A stretch of 64,000 nt of DNA from Planctomycetota bacterium (lineage in GTDB: Bacteria; Planctomycetota; UBA8108; SXIK01): positions 3,616,001 through 3,680,000 of the forward strand of contig CBDCXR010000004.1 of the NCBI GenBank assembly GCA_965223845.1, read 5' to 3'. A model generated the notes under the pieces. It ran no database searches, was not told the DNA's origin, and saw only the letters and a list, made by a program, of their open reading frames with translations. Position 1 is the stretch's first letter. Each line of letters opens with the position of its first letter. Both the position numbers and the translations under genes were made by a program. Of the stretch, positions 37,847 through 47,277 are shown piece by piece.

Positions 37847-38623
37847 GTGAGCCAAACGCCGGTTGCCCTCGTCACGGGTTCGTCGCGAGGCATCGGCCGC
37901 GCCATCGCGGTCGAGCTCGCTCGAGCGGGTTATGACATCGCCGTACACTGTCGCGCGAATCGGGAAGGGGCGAAAACGACCGCCGACGAGATCCACGCCG
38001 CCGGCCGGAGGAGCGAGGTGTTCGCCGCCGATCTCGCGTCGCCGGCAGCGCGGAGTGAGCTCGTCGAGAAGGTGAAGGCCGCGTTCCCGACGCTCGACGT
38101 GCTCGTGAACAATGCTGGCGCCGCGCCGAAGGTGCGCGCCGACCTTCTCGATCTCGAAGAAGACGAGTTCGACGACACCTTCGACACCAATTTTCGCGGC
38201 GCGTTCTTTCTCACGCGGGACATCGCGAACTGGATGCTCGAGACGCGAGACGCGGAGCCGGAGCGCCGCCTCTCGATCGTCAACATTTCGAGCGTGTCGG
38301 AGTACGCACCGACCGTGAATCGCGCCGCGTACTGCGTAGCCAAGGCGGGTCTCGGCATGATGACCAAGCTGTTCGCCGTCCGCCTCGCGGCGGCGAACAT
38401 TCCGGTGAACGCCGTTCGTCCGGGGATCATCGACACCGATATGACTGGCCCTGTGAAAGCGAAGTACGACCAGCGCATCGCAGAGGGACTCACGCCACTC
38501 CGACGCTGGGGCCAGCCGGAAGACGTCGCCCGAGCCGTGCGCGCGCTCGTCCGGGGCGATTTCGACTTCGCGACCGGAAGCGTCGTCGATCTCGACGGCG
38601 GATTTCACATCCGCGAGCTCTGA
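37847..38623 (+). CDS. SDR oxidoreductase (3-ketoacyl-ACP reductase-like)
   Basis: TGSSRGIG, NNAG, YCVAK, PGIIDTDM. Confidence 0.9.
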   Translation: MSQTPVALVTGSSRGIGRAIAVELARAGYDIAVHCRANREGAKTTADEIHAAGRRSEVFAADLASPAARSELVEKVKAAFPTLDVLVNNAGAAPKVRADLLDLEEDEFDDTFDTNFRGAFFLTRDIANWMLETRDAEPERRLSIVNISSVSEYAPTVNRAAYCVAKAGLGMMTKLFAVRLAAANIPVNAVRPGIIDTDMTGPVKAKYDQRIAEGLTPLRRWGQPEDVARAVRALVRGDFDFATGSVVDLDGGFHIREL

Positions 38624-38785
38624 GCCTCCCCCCGCCTTGCCTGCCTCCGGAGGCTCTGCTATCCTCGGCGCCCTTGTGCCCAGAGTCTCCGGAGCGTCGG
38701 TGAACGCACCGCGAGAGAGCGCCGCGCGGCGCGCAGCAGGCTCCGGGCCGCGCGCGAAGACATCGACCGGAAAGGAGAGCCCCGC

Positions 38786-39835
38786 GTGCTTAAGATCGCA
38801 GTCCTACCCGGCGACGGCACCGGACCCGAAGTCGTCGACGAGGGTCTCAAAGTGCTCGAGGCCGCGGCCAAGAAGCACGGTTTTCAGTATTCGACCGAGT
38901 CGTTCGACTTCGGTGGCGACCGTTACCTGAAGACGGGCGAAGTCCTGCCGGAGGGTGGCGCCGACGAGCTCCGGAAGTACGATGCGATCTTCCTCGGTGC
39001 GATCGGCCATCCCGATGTTGCGCCCGGGATTCTCGAAAAGGGACTCCTCCTCGAGCTTCGTTTCCAGCTCGACCAGTACATCAATCTGCGCCCCGTGAAG
39101 CTGTACGAGGGCGTCGACTGCCCGCTCAAGGACAAGGGCCCGGACGACATCGATTTCGTGATCGTTCGGGAAAACACCGAGGATCTCTACGTCGGATCCG
39201 GCGGCTTCACCCATAAGGGCACCGCGAATGAAGTCGCGACGCAGCTCATGGTCGCGACCCGCCAGGGCGTCGAGCGTTGCTGCCGCTACGCGTTCGAGCT
39301 CACGAAGAAGCGGAATCGCACGAAGCGTCTCACGCTCGTCGCCAAGACGAACGTGCTCACCTACGCCCACGATTTGTGGTGGCGGGTGTTCAACGAGGTC
39401 GCGAAGGACTACCCGGAAATCGAGACCGACTACAACCACGTAGATGCGTGCTGTATGTGGATGGTCAAGAATCCGGAGTACTACGACGTCATCGTCACGA
39501 CAAACATGTTCGGCGACATCATTACGGACCTCGGCGCGATGATCCAAGGTGGGATGGGCATCGCCGCGGGCGGGAACATCAACCCGGGCGGCGTGAGCAT
39601 GTACGAGCCGATCGGTGGCTCGGCGCCGAAGTACACCGGGCAGAACGTCATCAATCCGCTCGCCGCGATCGGCGCGCTCGCGATGCTCCTTCGCTACAGC
39701 GCCGGACAGGACGCAGCGGCCGACGATGTCGAGAACGCCGTCATGGCGGTCGTGAAGAAGCTCGACAGCCTGAGCGCGGGCCGGATGGGCTACTCGACGA
39801 CGGAAGTCGGCGACATGGTGGTGGATTCGCTGTAA
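38786..39835 (+). CDS. leuB: 3-isopropylmalate dehydrogenase
   Basis: [36 protein letters not shown]; SD AAGGAG. Confidence 0.88.
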   Translation: MLKIAVLPGDGTGPEVVDEGLKVLEAAAKKHGFQYSTESFDFGGDRYLKTGEVLPEGGADELRKYDAIFLGAIGHPDVAPGILEKGLLLELRFQLDQYINLRPVKLYEGVDCPLKDKGPDDIDFVIVRENTEDLYVGSGGFTHKGTANEVATQLMVATRQGVERCCRYAFELTKKRNRTKRLTLVAKTNVLTYAHDLWWRVFNEVAKDYPEIETDYNHVDACCMWMVKNPEYYDVIVTTNMFGDIITDLGAMIQGGMGIAAGGNINPGGVSMYEPIGGSAPKYTGQNVINPLAAIGALAMLLRYSAGQDAAADDVENAVMAVVKKLDSLSAGRMGYSTTEVGDMVVDSL

Positions 39836-39846
39836 GAAAACCCCGA

Positions 39847-41562
39847 GTGAAAGACCGCCCCGTGAAGACGAGTGACTTTCGCGAGGAGGCCGTCCGCGTC
39901 GTTGCGAAGCACTCGGGCCTCTCGCCCGACGAAGTCGACGCCGCGCTCACCACGCCTCCGAAGCCCGAGATGGGCGACTTCGCGTTTCCCTGCTTCGTCC
40001 TCGCCAAGAAGCTGAAGAAGGCGCCGCCCGCGATCGCCGGCGAGCTCGCCGAGGCCGTCGCCGCCGATCTGGACGCCCTGAGCGAGGCGACCGCGCTCGG
40101 TCCCTACCTCAACTTTCGGGTCGACGCGACGCGCTACGCCGATGCCGTGCTCCGATCCGCCATCGCCGAGGGGGACTCGTACGGCCGCTCGGCGGTCGGT
40201 GAGGGAAAGACGATCGCGATCGACTACTGCTCGCCGAACATCGCGAAACCGTTCCACGTCGGCCATCTGCGCACGACGATCATCGGCGGCGCACTCTATC
40301 GTCTCTTCGAGGCGCTCGGCTACCGGGTCGTCGGGATCAATCATCTCGGCGACTGGGGAACTCAGTTCGGTAAGCAGATCGTCGGGATCAAGCGCTTTGG
40401 ATCCGCCGCGGACGTCGGCGACCTGATGGCGCTCAATCGTCTCTACGTCGAGTACCACCAGGCAGAGAAGACTCAACCCGAGCTCGCCGACGAAGCACGC
40501 GACTGGTTTCGACGGCAGGAAGCGGGCGACGCGGAGGCGCTCGAGCTCTGGCGCGCAATTCGAAAGACGAGTCTCGATTACCTCCAGCGCGTCTGCGACC
40601 GACTCGGCGCGCGCTTCGACTCCCACGACGGCGAATCGTTCTTCAACGACAAGATGGATCCCGTCATCGAAGAGGCAGAGGCGAAGGGCATCGCCGAAGA
40701 GTCGGACGGAGCGCTCATCGTCGACCTCTCGGATGATGGCATCGACACGCCGGCACTGCTGCGAAAAGCCGACGGAACGACGCTCTACCTCACTCGAGAC
40801 ATCGCCGCCGCGAAGTACCGAGTGGAGCAGTACTCTCCCGAGCGAATCGTCTACGTCGTCGGCACCGCGCAGACGCTCCACTTCCAGCAGTTGAAGCTCG
40901 TTCTCAAAAAGCTCGGCTACGAGTGGTTCGACTCCATCGAGCACGTCAACTTCGGGCTCGTCCGCGGGATGTCGAGCCGAACGGGAAACGTCGTCTACTT
41001 GGAGCAGCTTCTCGACGAGGCGCGCGACCGCGCTCTCGCCTACATGCGCGAGCACACCGAGAAGAGGAGCGGCCTCGAGAACGAAGAGGAGGTGGCCGAA
41101 GCCGTGGGGATCGCGGCGATCTTCTTCTCCGATCTTTCGAAACAGCGGATCAAGGACTACCAATTCGACTGGGATCAGGCGATTTCCTTCGAGGGTGACA
41201 CAGGTCCTTATCTCATGAGCGCGTACGCACGCATCGCGGGGATCATCCGCAAGTGCGGCGTCGAGTTCGATCCCGAGGCCGATCTGTCACCGCTCACCGA
41301 GCCCGAGGCGCACCAGCTCGTCCGGAACGTCGCGCGCTACCCCGACGTCCTCCTCGATGCCGCGCGACGCTACGAGCCGTCCGTGCTCGCGGGCTATCTC
41401 CTCGAGCTCGCGCGCTCGCTCCACTCGGGGTACGGCGTCCTTCGCGTGAAGGGAGAAGCGGAAACGACCGCGAAGGCGCGCCTCGCTCTCTTCACCGTCG
41501 TTCAGCGAGTGCTGAAGAGTGGCCTCGGTGTTCTTGGAATCCGGGCGCTCGAACGGATGTAG
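39847..41562 (+). CDS. argS: Arginine--tRNA ligase
   Basis: GDFAFPCF, SPNIAKPFHVGHLR, HLGDWGTQFG, MSSRTG, GDTGPY, C-terminal ERM. GTG start at 39847 or 39862. Confidence 0.95.
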   Translation: MKDRPVKTSDFREEAVRVVAKHSGLSPDEVDAALTTPPKPEMGDFAFPCFVLAKKLKKAPPAIAGELAEAVAADLDALSEATALGPYLNFRVDATRYADAVLRSAIAEGDSYGRSAVGEGKTIAIDYCSPNIAKPFHVGHLRTTIIGGALYRLFEALGYRVVGINHLGDWGTQFGKQIVGIKRFGSAADVGDLMALNRLYVEYHQAEKTQPELADEARDWFRRQEAGDAEALELWRAIRKTSLDYLQRVCDRLGARFDSHDGESFFNDKMDPVIEEAEAKGIAEESDGALIVDLSDDGIDTPALLRKADGTTLYLTRDIAAAKYRVEQYSPERIVYVVGTAQTLHFQQLKLVLKKLGYEWFDSIEHVNFGLVRGMSSRTGNVVYLEQLLDEARDRALAYMREHTEKRSGLENEEEVAEAVGIAAIFFSDLSKQRIKDYQFDWDQAISFEGDTGPYLMSAYARIAGIIRKCGVEFDPEADLSPLTEPEAHQLVRNVARYPDVLLDAARRYEPSVLAGYLLELARSLHSGYGVLRVKGEAETTAKARLALFTVVQRVLKSGLGVLGIRALERM

Positions 41563-41633
41563 ACCTAGGCGCGCTCGGGATTTCGACGCGGCGGCTTGCG
41601 TGCTCGAATGAAGGATTATCGTCCCGGGGCCAG

Positions 41634-43067
41634 TTAACCCGAGCCCGTCACCGACTTCAGGTCCGCTCGCTGCTCCGAGTAGTTCTCGCTAAACGCGAGC
41701 ACCGCGGGATCGGGCTCCTCCCCCCACTGTTCGCACGCGTGCCGGTAGAACTCCGGCCACCAGTTCTCGTGCGCCGTAAGTCCCTTCTCCCGATACTCCT
41801 CCCAGCGGTTGAGGATGCGGCTCCAGGTTCGATCGCCGAACTCGACCGCTTCCTTCCGGTTCGCGAACTCGGGAACGAGAAACTGACGGCCGATCTGCGC
41901 GTGGAGCACCTCGTCCGCCCAGTCGAAGTCCTGAATCGTCGCCATGAGAGGAAGTCCGGACTCGGTGGCGAGCTCCCACTCGTAGCGCTTCCCGGTCTTC
42001 GTCATGAGCCCCTGCTCGATGTAGTAGAGCACCGAATGACTCTCGAGCGGATTGCACACGGTGTTCAGATTGAGTGACCAGGTGTGATTGACGCGCGCCC
42101 TCCGCCAGTCGACCCCGAGCGCGGCGAAACCGACTTCGCCGAGCATCGCGTGGCGCGCTTCGTCCCAGAGCTGGCGCGACATCGCGAGGTAGTAGTCCCA
42201 ATCCTTTCCGGTCGTCCGGTGGATGATGCTCGCCATCATCTCGGGGACGTCGATCTCGCGGAGGCGCTTGAAGAGGAGAAGGAGCATCTTCGCTTTCGCG
42301 GGATAGTCGTCGCTGTAGATGAACGCCTCCGCGTTCACTCCACCGTTGTACGGATCGGAGAACCGCTCGTCCCGGGCCGGCACGGGATCGAACTCGTAGG
42401 GCGTCGCGGAGTGCATTCTCTCGGGCGATGAATCCGCCGTATCGCTCGTCCCGTCGAGTCCGCCGGCCGCTTCGAGGCACGCGGACAGACGATCGAGCCA
42501 CGGCTTCGCGCGCGTCCGCGCCTCCGAGTCGACGATGCCGGCGACCGCCTCGCCTCCGAACGCGAGCATGTCGTCGATCTCGAGGAGGGCGAATCGGAGC
42601 ACGCGGACGGAGGGGCGGTCCGTCATCGGGTGCGTCGCACGAACGTACTCCGACATTCCCGCTCGAACCTCGGGTAGCCCGATCTCGTAGACGCCGAGAA
42701 GCAGTTCTTCCGTCGTCGGCGCGCCGAGGATCTCGTCGAAAAGCACCTCGAGTGCCGGGTGAGGGACCTTGTCGAGGTGAAGCGGTGGCTCGCGCATTTC
42801 ACCGACGCGCCCCCGAAGCGCGGCGACGTGCTCGGCGCACAGATACGAGTGGTGACTGAACGCCGTCTTCAGCTCGTAGATCGGCTCCGCCGTGAGGCGC
42901 GCGGTGAGGATCCCGTGGAGACGCTTGAGTGCGTAGTGGAATCGCTTCAGACGATCGACGCAGGCTTCGACGCTGAGGCCTGGTCCGGCCGCTTCCTCAA
43001 GCGAGCAGACGCCCGCGAGAACGGGAATGCCGCGATAAGCGTGCGGCGAATCCGCCGAATCATTCAT
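41634..43067 (-). CDS. Ferritin-like (DUF455-like) putative diiron protein
   Basis: REIDVPE, WDEARH, IEQGL, WADEVLH carboxylate/His motifs. Confidence 0.65.
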   Translation of the reverse strand: MNDSADSPHAYRGIPVLAGVCSLEEAAGPGLSVEACVDRLKRFHYALKRLHGILTARLTAEPIYELKTAFSHHSYLCAEHVAALRGRVGEMREPPLHLDKVPHPALEVLFDEILGAPTTEELLLGVYEIGLPEVRAGMSEYVRATHPMTDRPSVRVLRFALLEIDDMLAFGGEAVAGIVDSEARTRAKPWLDRLSACLEAAGGLDGTSDTADSSPERMHSATPYEFDPVPARDERFSDPYNGGVNAEAFIYSDDYPAKAKMLLLLFKRLREIDVPEMMASIIHRTTGKDWDYYLAMSRQLWDEARHAMLGEVGFAALGVDWRRARVNHTWSLNLNTVCNPLESHSVLYYIEQGLMTKTGKRYEWELATESGLPLMATIQDFDWADEVLHAQIGRQFLVPEFANRKEAVEFGDRTWSRILNRWEEYREKGLTAHENWWPEFYRHACEQWGEEPDPAVLAFSENYSEQRADLKSVTGSG

Positions 43068-43166
43068 ATCTCAATGCTCCGATGGGTCGGGCGCAAGAAT
43101 CGCGCGAAACACCTATCGTAACCGAGATTCGACGGAGGGGGACGCGTCGTTCGACAGTTCGGGGAG

Positions 43167-43385
43167 CTACTGCAGGCGGTAGGTGATGCGCCCCTTGTTG
43201 AGGTCGTACGGGGACATGTCGACCCGTACGCGGTCGCCCGGAAGAATGCGGATGTAGTGCTTGCGCAGCCGCCCCGCGACGTGCGCGAGAATCTGGTGCC
43301 CGTTCTCGAGCTTCACTTTGAACGTCGTGTTTGGAAGGGCCTGCACCACAGTCCCTTCGAGCGTGATCATGTCATCTTTCGGCAA
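43167..43385 (-). CDS. infA: Translation initiation factor IF-1
   Basis: [36 protein letters not shown]; GGAGG SD and TTG start. Confidence 0.97.
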   Translation of the reverse strand: MPKDDMITLEGTVVQALPNTTFKVKLENGHQILAHVAGRLRKHYIRILPGDRVRVDMSPYDLNKGRITYRLQ

Positions 43386-43433
43386 AAGATCCTCCGGCTG
43401 AGCGCGTCCACCTGCCCCCGGTCGAATCCGGGT

Positions 43434-43461
43434 ATTCTACCCAGGGCGCCCCGACTGTCCA
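43434..43461 (-). promoter_or_regulatory. Sigma70-like promoter of infA
   Basis: TGGACA-N16-TAGAAT about 50 nt upstream of the start. Confidence 0.5.
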
Positions 43462-43745
43462 CGGCTCGCCCGGACGGCCGACGATGCCGCTGCGGAGTAG
43501 CCGGCGTCCTTCGCGCAGAGCGAGGCCCGCCGCTCGCGACGGACGACCGCCTCTCCCGCAGCTCTCACGGAATTCGGCGACCGCAGCGGCAGAGGCCTCG
43601 CACCGCGGGAGCGGACGCGGCGATGCCGCGGCACGGACGCGAAACGTGTCGGTGCCCCACCGAGCAACCGGCCCGCGAGGCTTCCGCTGCTCGAGACTCC
43701 CGCGATGGCGTCGACGAAGAACTTGGCGAGAACTCCGGGGGCGCC

Positions 43746-45506
43746 TCAGACGTCGATCTTCCCACCGAGAATGGGGAGCCCGCCGACGATTCCTCGCACC
43801 CCGGTGACCTCGCCGTGGACGATGATGTCCGAGCCGTCGACGATGCCGACCTCGACTTCGCGCGAGACGACGCCGCCGGAGCCGCCACCGCCACCGCCGC
43901 CGCACGCGACGGGGATGATCGCAATCGCGACGACCGCACCGGTCGCCATCAGGGTCGAGAATCGGCGCGAACGCCGGAGCCGCCAGGCCGCAACGAAGCT
44001 CACTCCGAAGAGAAGGAACCACGCGTCGCCCGATTCCGCCGGTGGTGCCGGATCGACGACGTCCGCCACAAGGACGAAGTGCGTCGCGGAGCCGCGCGTG
44101 AGCGTCCGCTCCTCGATCGCGATGTCGATCGCACCGTCGTTCCGGCTGAAGCGCTGCGGGAACGCCAGCTCTTCCTCTCCCGCGTCGAGCATTCCGTTCT
44201 CGTTCTCGTCGAGGTAGAGGGTCACGTCGCCGAGCAGCCTCGATTCGTTGCCGGCTCCACTTGCCGTGAAGCGCATCCCGCTCCACTCGCCGGGCTCGAG
44301 GTCGGTCCTCCACTCGATGCGACCGGCGAAGAGAAGCGCTCGATTCCCGCCGTTCATGAGCTTCGGCGCGAATCCCGGTCTCGCGGTGAGATCGCTCCGG
44401 CGACGATCGATATCGACCGCCGTGATCACGACGCGGTCGGAATCATCTCCACAGTCGTCGTCGACCGAAAACTCGAACTCGAAGTCGGTGTCGGAATTCA
44501 CGGGCGGGAGAATGACCGTCGCCTCGATCTCGTCCGTTCCGGTGAAGCTCTCGACCTCCGGACCGGCGATCTGCCGCCACGAGTAGGTTCGGATTCCGCT
44601 CGTCGCGACCCCCTTGAGCGCTACCGCATCGAGCTCGGCGGCGAAGGCGTCCCCGCCCGCATCGGCGAGTGGCGGCGGACACGTCGATGCGACGACGAGC
44701 ACTTCGTCGGTGTCGGAGCCGGAGTCGTTGGTCGCCGTGAGGGCGAAGACGAGATCGGAGTCGAAGAACACCGGCGGCAGCTCGACCGTCAGCAGGCTCG
44801 TCATCTCGCCGCTCAGAGTCGCGGGAGGGCCGGAGATCTGCTCCCAGGAGAACTCGAGGTTTTCGCCGAGGCTCCGGCTACCGTCGAGCATCACCGTCGC
44901 GCCGCCGCGGGCGATCTGATCGGGGCCCGCGTCGGCGAACGGGCTCACGATCACACCGCGAACGACTCGGCCGTCGAACAGCGCCGGGACGACGCTGAGG
45001 CCCGCCGAGTTCGTGAGCACGTTGTTGATCGGCGTCACGCCGGCGAGGCCGTCGACGAGCCCGACGCGCGTAGCTCGGCCGGCCGGCATCAGGATGTCGA
45101 AATCCATGCGCATGAGCGAGTGATCGCCCGCCGGAAGGACGTTCGACGTATCCCCTCCGAGATCGTGCACGCCACCGTAGGCGACCACGCCGGGACTCTG
45201 AACGCCGTTGAAGAAGTTCCACGCCGAAGCGTCGGTCCCGTCGATCGTCACGTCGACGAGCTGGAGATCCGCCGGATCGTACTGCACGCTCGACGAGAAG
45301 GCGTAGACGTCGAAATCGTGCTCGGCGCGAACGAAGACCGAAACGCTCGTCTGATCCGCGCTCGCGTTGACATCTTCGACGTACATCCGGTCGACGCCGA
45401 GCGCGCCCGTCGGGCTCGCGAGGGCCAATACGAGCACAGAAAACGATCCGAAAACGAGACATCGGTTCACGAAGGAGCGGTCGCCCTGTTCGCGGCGTGC
45501 GGACAT
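43746..45506 (-). CDS. Secreted cohesin-like + PKD-repeat protein with an internal TM hairpin / Cys-polyGly motif near the C-terminus
   Basis: Cohesin-like N-domain (VYAFSSSVQYDPADLQLVDV), two PKD/REJ-like repeats (ADAGPDQ...FSWEQISGP; ADAGGDA...YSWRQIAGP), Ig-like domain (VTLYLDENENGMLD), TM-RLRRSRR-TM-ACGGGGGGG tail. Confidence 0.8.
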   Translation of the reverse strand: MSARREQGDRSFVNRCLVFGSFSVLVLALASPTGALGVDRMYVEDVNASADQTSVSVFVRAEHDFDVYAFSSSVQYDPADLQLVDVTIDGTDASAWNFFNGVQSPGVVAYGGVHDLGGDTSNVLPAGDHSLMRMDFDILMPAGRATRVGLVDGLAGVTPINNVLTNSAGLSVVPALFDGRVVRGVIVSPFADAGPDQIARGGATVMLDGSRSLGENLEFSWEQISGPPATLSGEMTSLLTVELPPVFFDSDLVFALTATNDSGSDTDEVLVVASTCPPPLADAGGDAFAAELDAVALKGVATSGIRTYSWRQIAGPEVESFTGTDEIEATVILPPVNSDTDFEFEFSVDDDCGDDSDRVVITAVDIDRRRSDLTARPGFAPKLMNGGNRALLFAGRIEWRTDLEPGEWSGMRFTASGAGNESRLLGDVTLYLDENENGMLDAGEEELAFPQRFSRNDGAIDIAIEERTLTRGSATHFVLVADVVDPAPPAESGDAWFLLFGVSFVAAWRLRRSRRFSTLMATGAVVAIAIIPVACGGGGGGGSGGVVSREVEVGIVDGSDIIVHGEVTGVRGIVGGLPILGGKIDV

Positions 45507-45745
45507 CGGGAATCTCCAGCGAAGGAAGGAGGTGCGTCGGGGCACGGAGAGAAGCAAGTAGAAGCCGGCGCACGCACTGGTTTCGGCCGGTGAACGGCCC
45601 TCTCGGACCAGTTCGTACGCAGACTTCTACGATACCACCTGCCCGTGCCAGTGAAGTGCCGGCCGGCAGTCCGGCGGGCAGTCAAAGAACTCCTACCCCG
45701 TCGATACGGAAACTCTCGTGCCAGTTTGCTCGCGCCGGGCGGCGA

Positions 45746-47089
45746 TCAATCGATCGCCCGATAGCGGCCGCCGCCGATCTTCGCGAGGTCCTTCATGAAC
45801 TTCGTGAACGCGCGGATCTGTTCGGGCTTCGGCGTCGGATAGCGACGATTTCGCAGTTTCTGCGGCCACTCACCCACTCCGCGGAACCCGAACGTATCGA
45901 TGCGAATCCGCCGGCCGGCATTCGCGTCCCGCACCCAAGCGAGGATCTCACGAATCAGCCCCGAGCTCAGATCGTCGCGCGTCCCCTTCCCGCGCTTCGT
46001 CGGAGCACCGTCCGAAAGGAGGACGATCGTGTCCACCCGGAGATCCCGAAAAGCGGTTTTCAGCGCGTCGTCGGTGTGGGTCGCCTCGATCGGCTTCAAG
46101 TTGCGCACGAATTTGAGCGCCGACTGAACGCTCCCTCGCGTCGTCGGCTGGAGCGTCTTCTGCCAGGTGAAGACCCGGTTCGAGTAGGCGACGATGTTGA
46201 AATTCGCGCTCTTCGGAAGAGAGCGAATCGCCCGGGAGAGTTGCTCCTTGGCGCGGAAGAGCCGCTGCCGGTCGGTTTCGACGTCATCGCCGTCGTAGTC
46301 TCCCTCGTCGTACATGTCCATACTGCCGCTCACGTCGACGACGAAGAGGAGATTCCGGCTGAAGATCTCCTCACCGAAAAAATCGACGGATTCCTTCCGC
46401 GGCCGGATCTTGATCTCCGTCGCCCCCTTCCCCTTGCTCTTCTTCCCGAGATTCTTCGGATCGAACTTCGCGCCGACGTTCGCCCAGAACTTCCGCCAGT
46501 CTTCGACCGTGTCGTAATCCTGACCGGTGAGGTATCCGAGTGCGACGCGAGCCTCGTACCAAGTTCGATCGCGGAACTCGGCGAACTCTTCGAAGAGATC
46601 GATCAGTACGGGGATCGCTTCCTTTCGCAGACGACGGCGCGCGGCGTCGATGGCGGCGAGCTGGACGTGGACGACAGGACTCTTCAGTCGCGCGAGCACC
46701 GCTTCGTAGCTCGCGTCGTCGTCGCGACGTCCGAACGCCTCGAGCGCGAGCACGCGCTGCCGATACGCGCGCTTCTCGTCGGCGAGGAGCTCCGCGACCT
46801 TGTCGATGAGAGCATCCGACTCGACCTTTGCGAGCGCCTTCCCCGCCGCACGGTAGAGTCGCTGCGAGGGGATCGCCGTCCCGGCCACGAGGAACACCTC
46901 CGCGATCTCCGGCGATCCCGTCGCCGCCAGCTCTTCGATGAGGGATTCGATCTCGCCGCGGCGGTCACCTTTGACGAGCAGCGTGAGGGTACGCTTGTAC
47001 TCGCGTGCCTTTTGCGGAGTGACCTCTTCGCCGCGGAGGCTAGAGAGCGGAACGAGCAGACCGACCAGCAGAATCCAAACGCGATTCAT
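45746..47089 (-). CDS. Secreted HEAT-repeat + VWA domain protein
   Basis: Signal peptide, HEAT-like helices, MIDAS DVSGSM, ATHT, LLSDG. Confidence 0.85.
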   Translation of the reverse strand: MNRVWILLVGLLVPLSSLRGEEVTPQKAREYKRTLTLLVKGDRRGEIESLIEELAATGSPEIAEVFLVAGTAIPSQRLYRAAGKALAKVESDALIDKVAELLADEKRAYRQRVLALEAFGRRDDDASYEAVLARLKSPVVHVQLAAIDAARRRLRKEAIPVLIDLFEEFAEFRDRTWYEARVALGYLTGQDYDTVEDWRKFWANVGAKFDPKNLGKKSKGKGATEIKIRPRKESVDFFGEEIFSRNLLFVVDVSGSMDMYDEGDYDGDDVETDRQRLFRAKEQLSRAIRSLPKSANFNIVAYSNRVFTWQKTLQPTTRGSVQSALKFVRNLKPIEATHTDDALKTAFRDLRVDTIVLLSDGAPTKRGKGTRDDLSSGLIREILAWVRDANAGRRIRIDTFGFRGVGEWPQKLRNRRYPTPKPEQIRAFTKFMKDLAKIGGGRYRAID

Positions 47090-47277
47090 GGATCTTCCTC
47101 GAGATGCGCGGAATCGCTCGAGAACGAGCGACGACATCGATCCCGGGCAGGGAATCGACCCACCCGGTGGTTTGGACCCAACCTACCACTCCGCCCGCGC
47201 GGCGACCAGTTCGACTCGTCTCCCGAGCTCTTTCTCCGCGATTGACGCGGTTCCAGACGAAGACGGATGATAAGCGC

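Noticed and set aside
45708-45723. Sigma54-like TGGCACG-N4-TTTCC upstream of the cohesin gene
   Set aside because: The conserved -12 GC is absent, so the site is not supportable.
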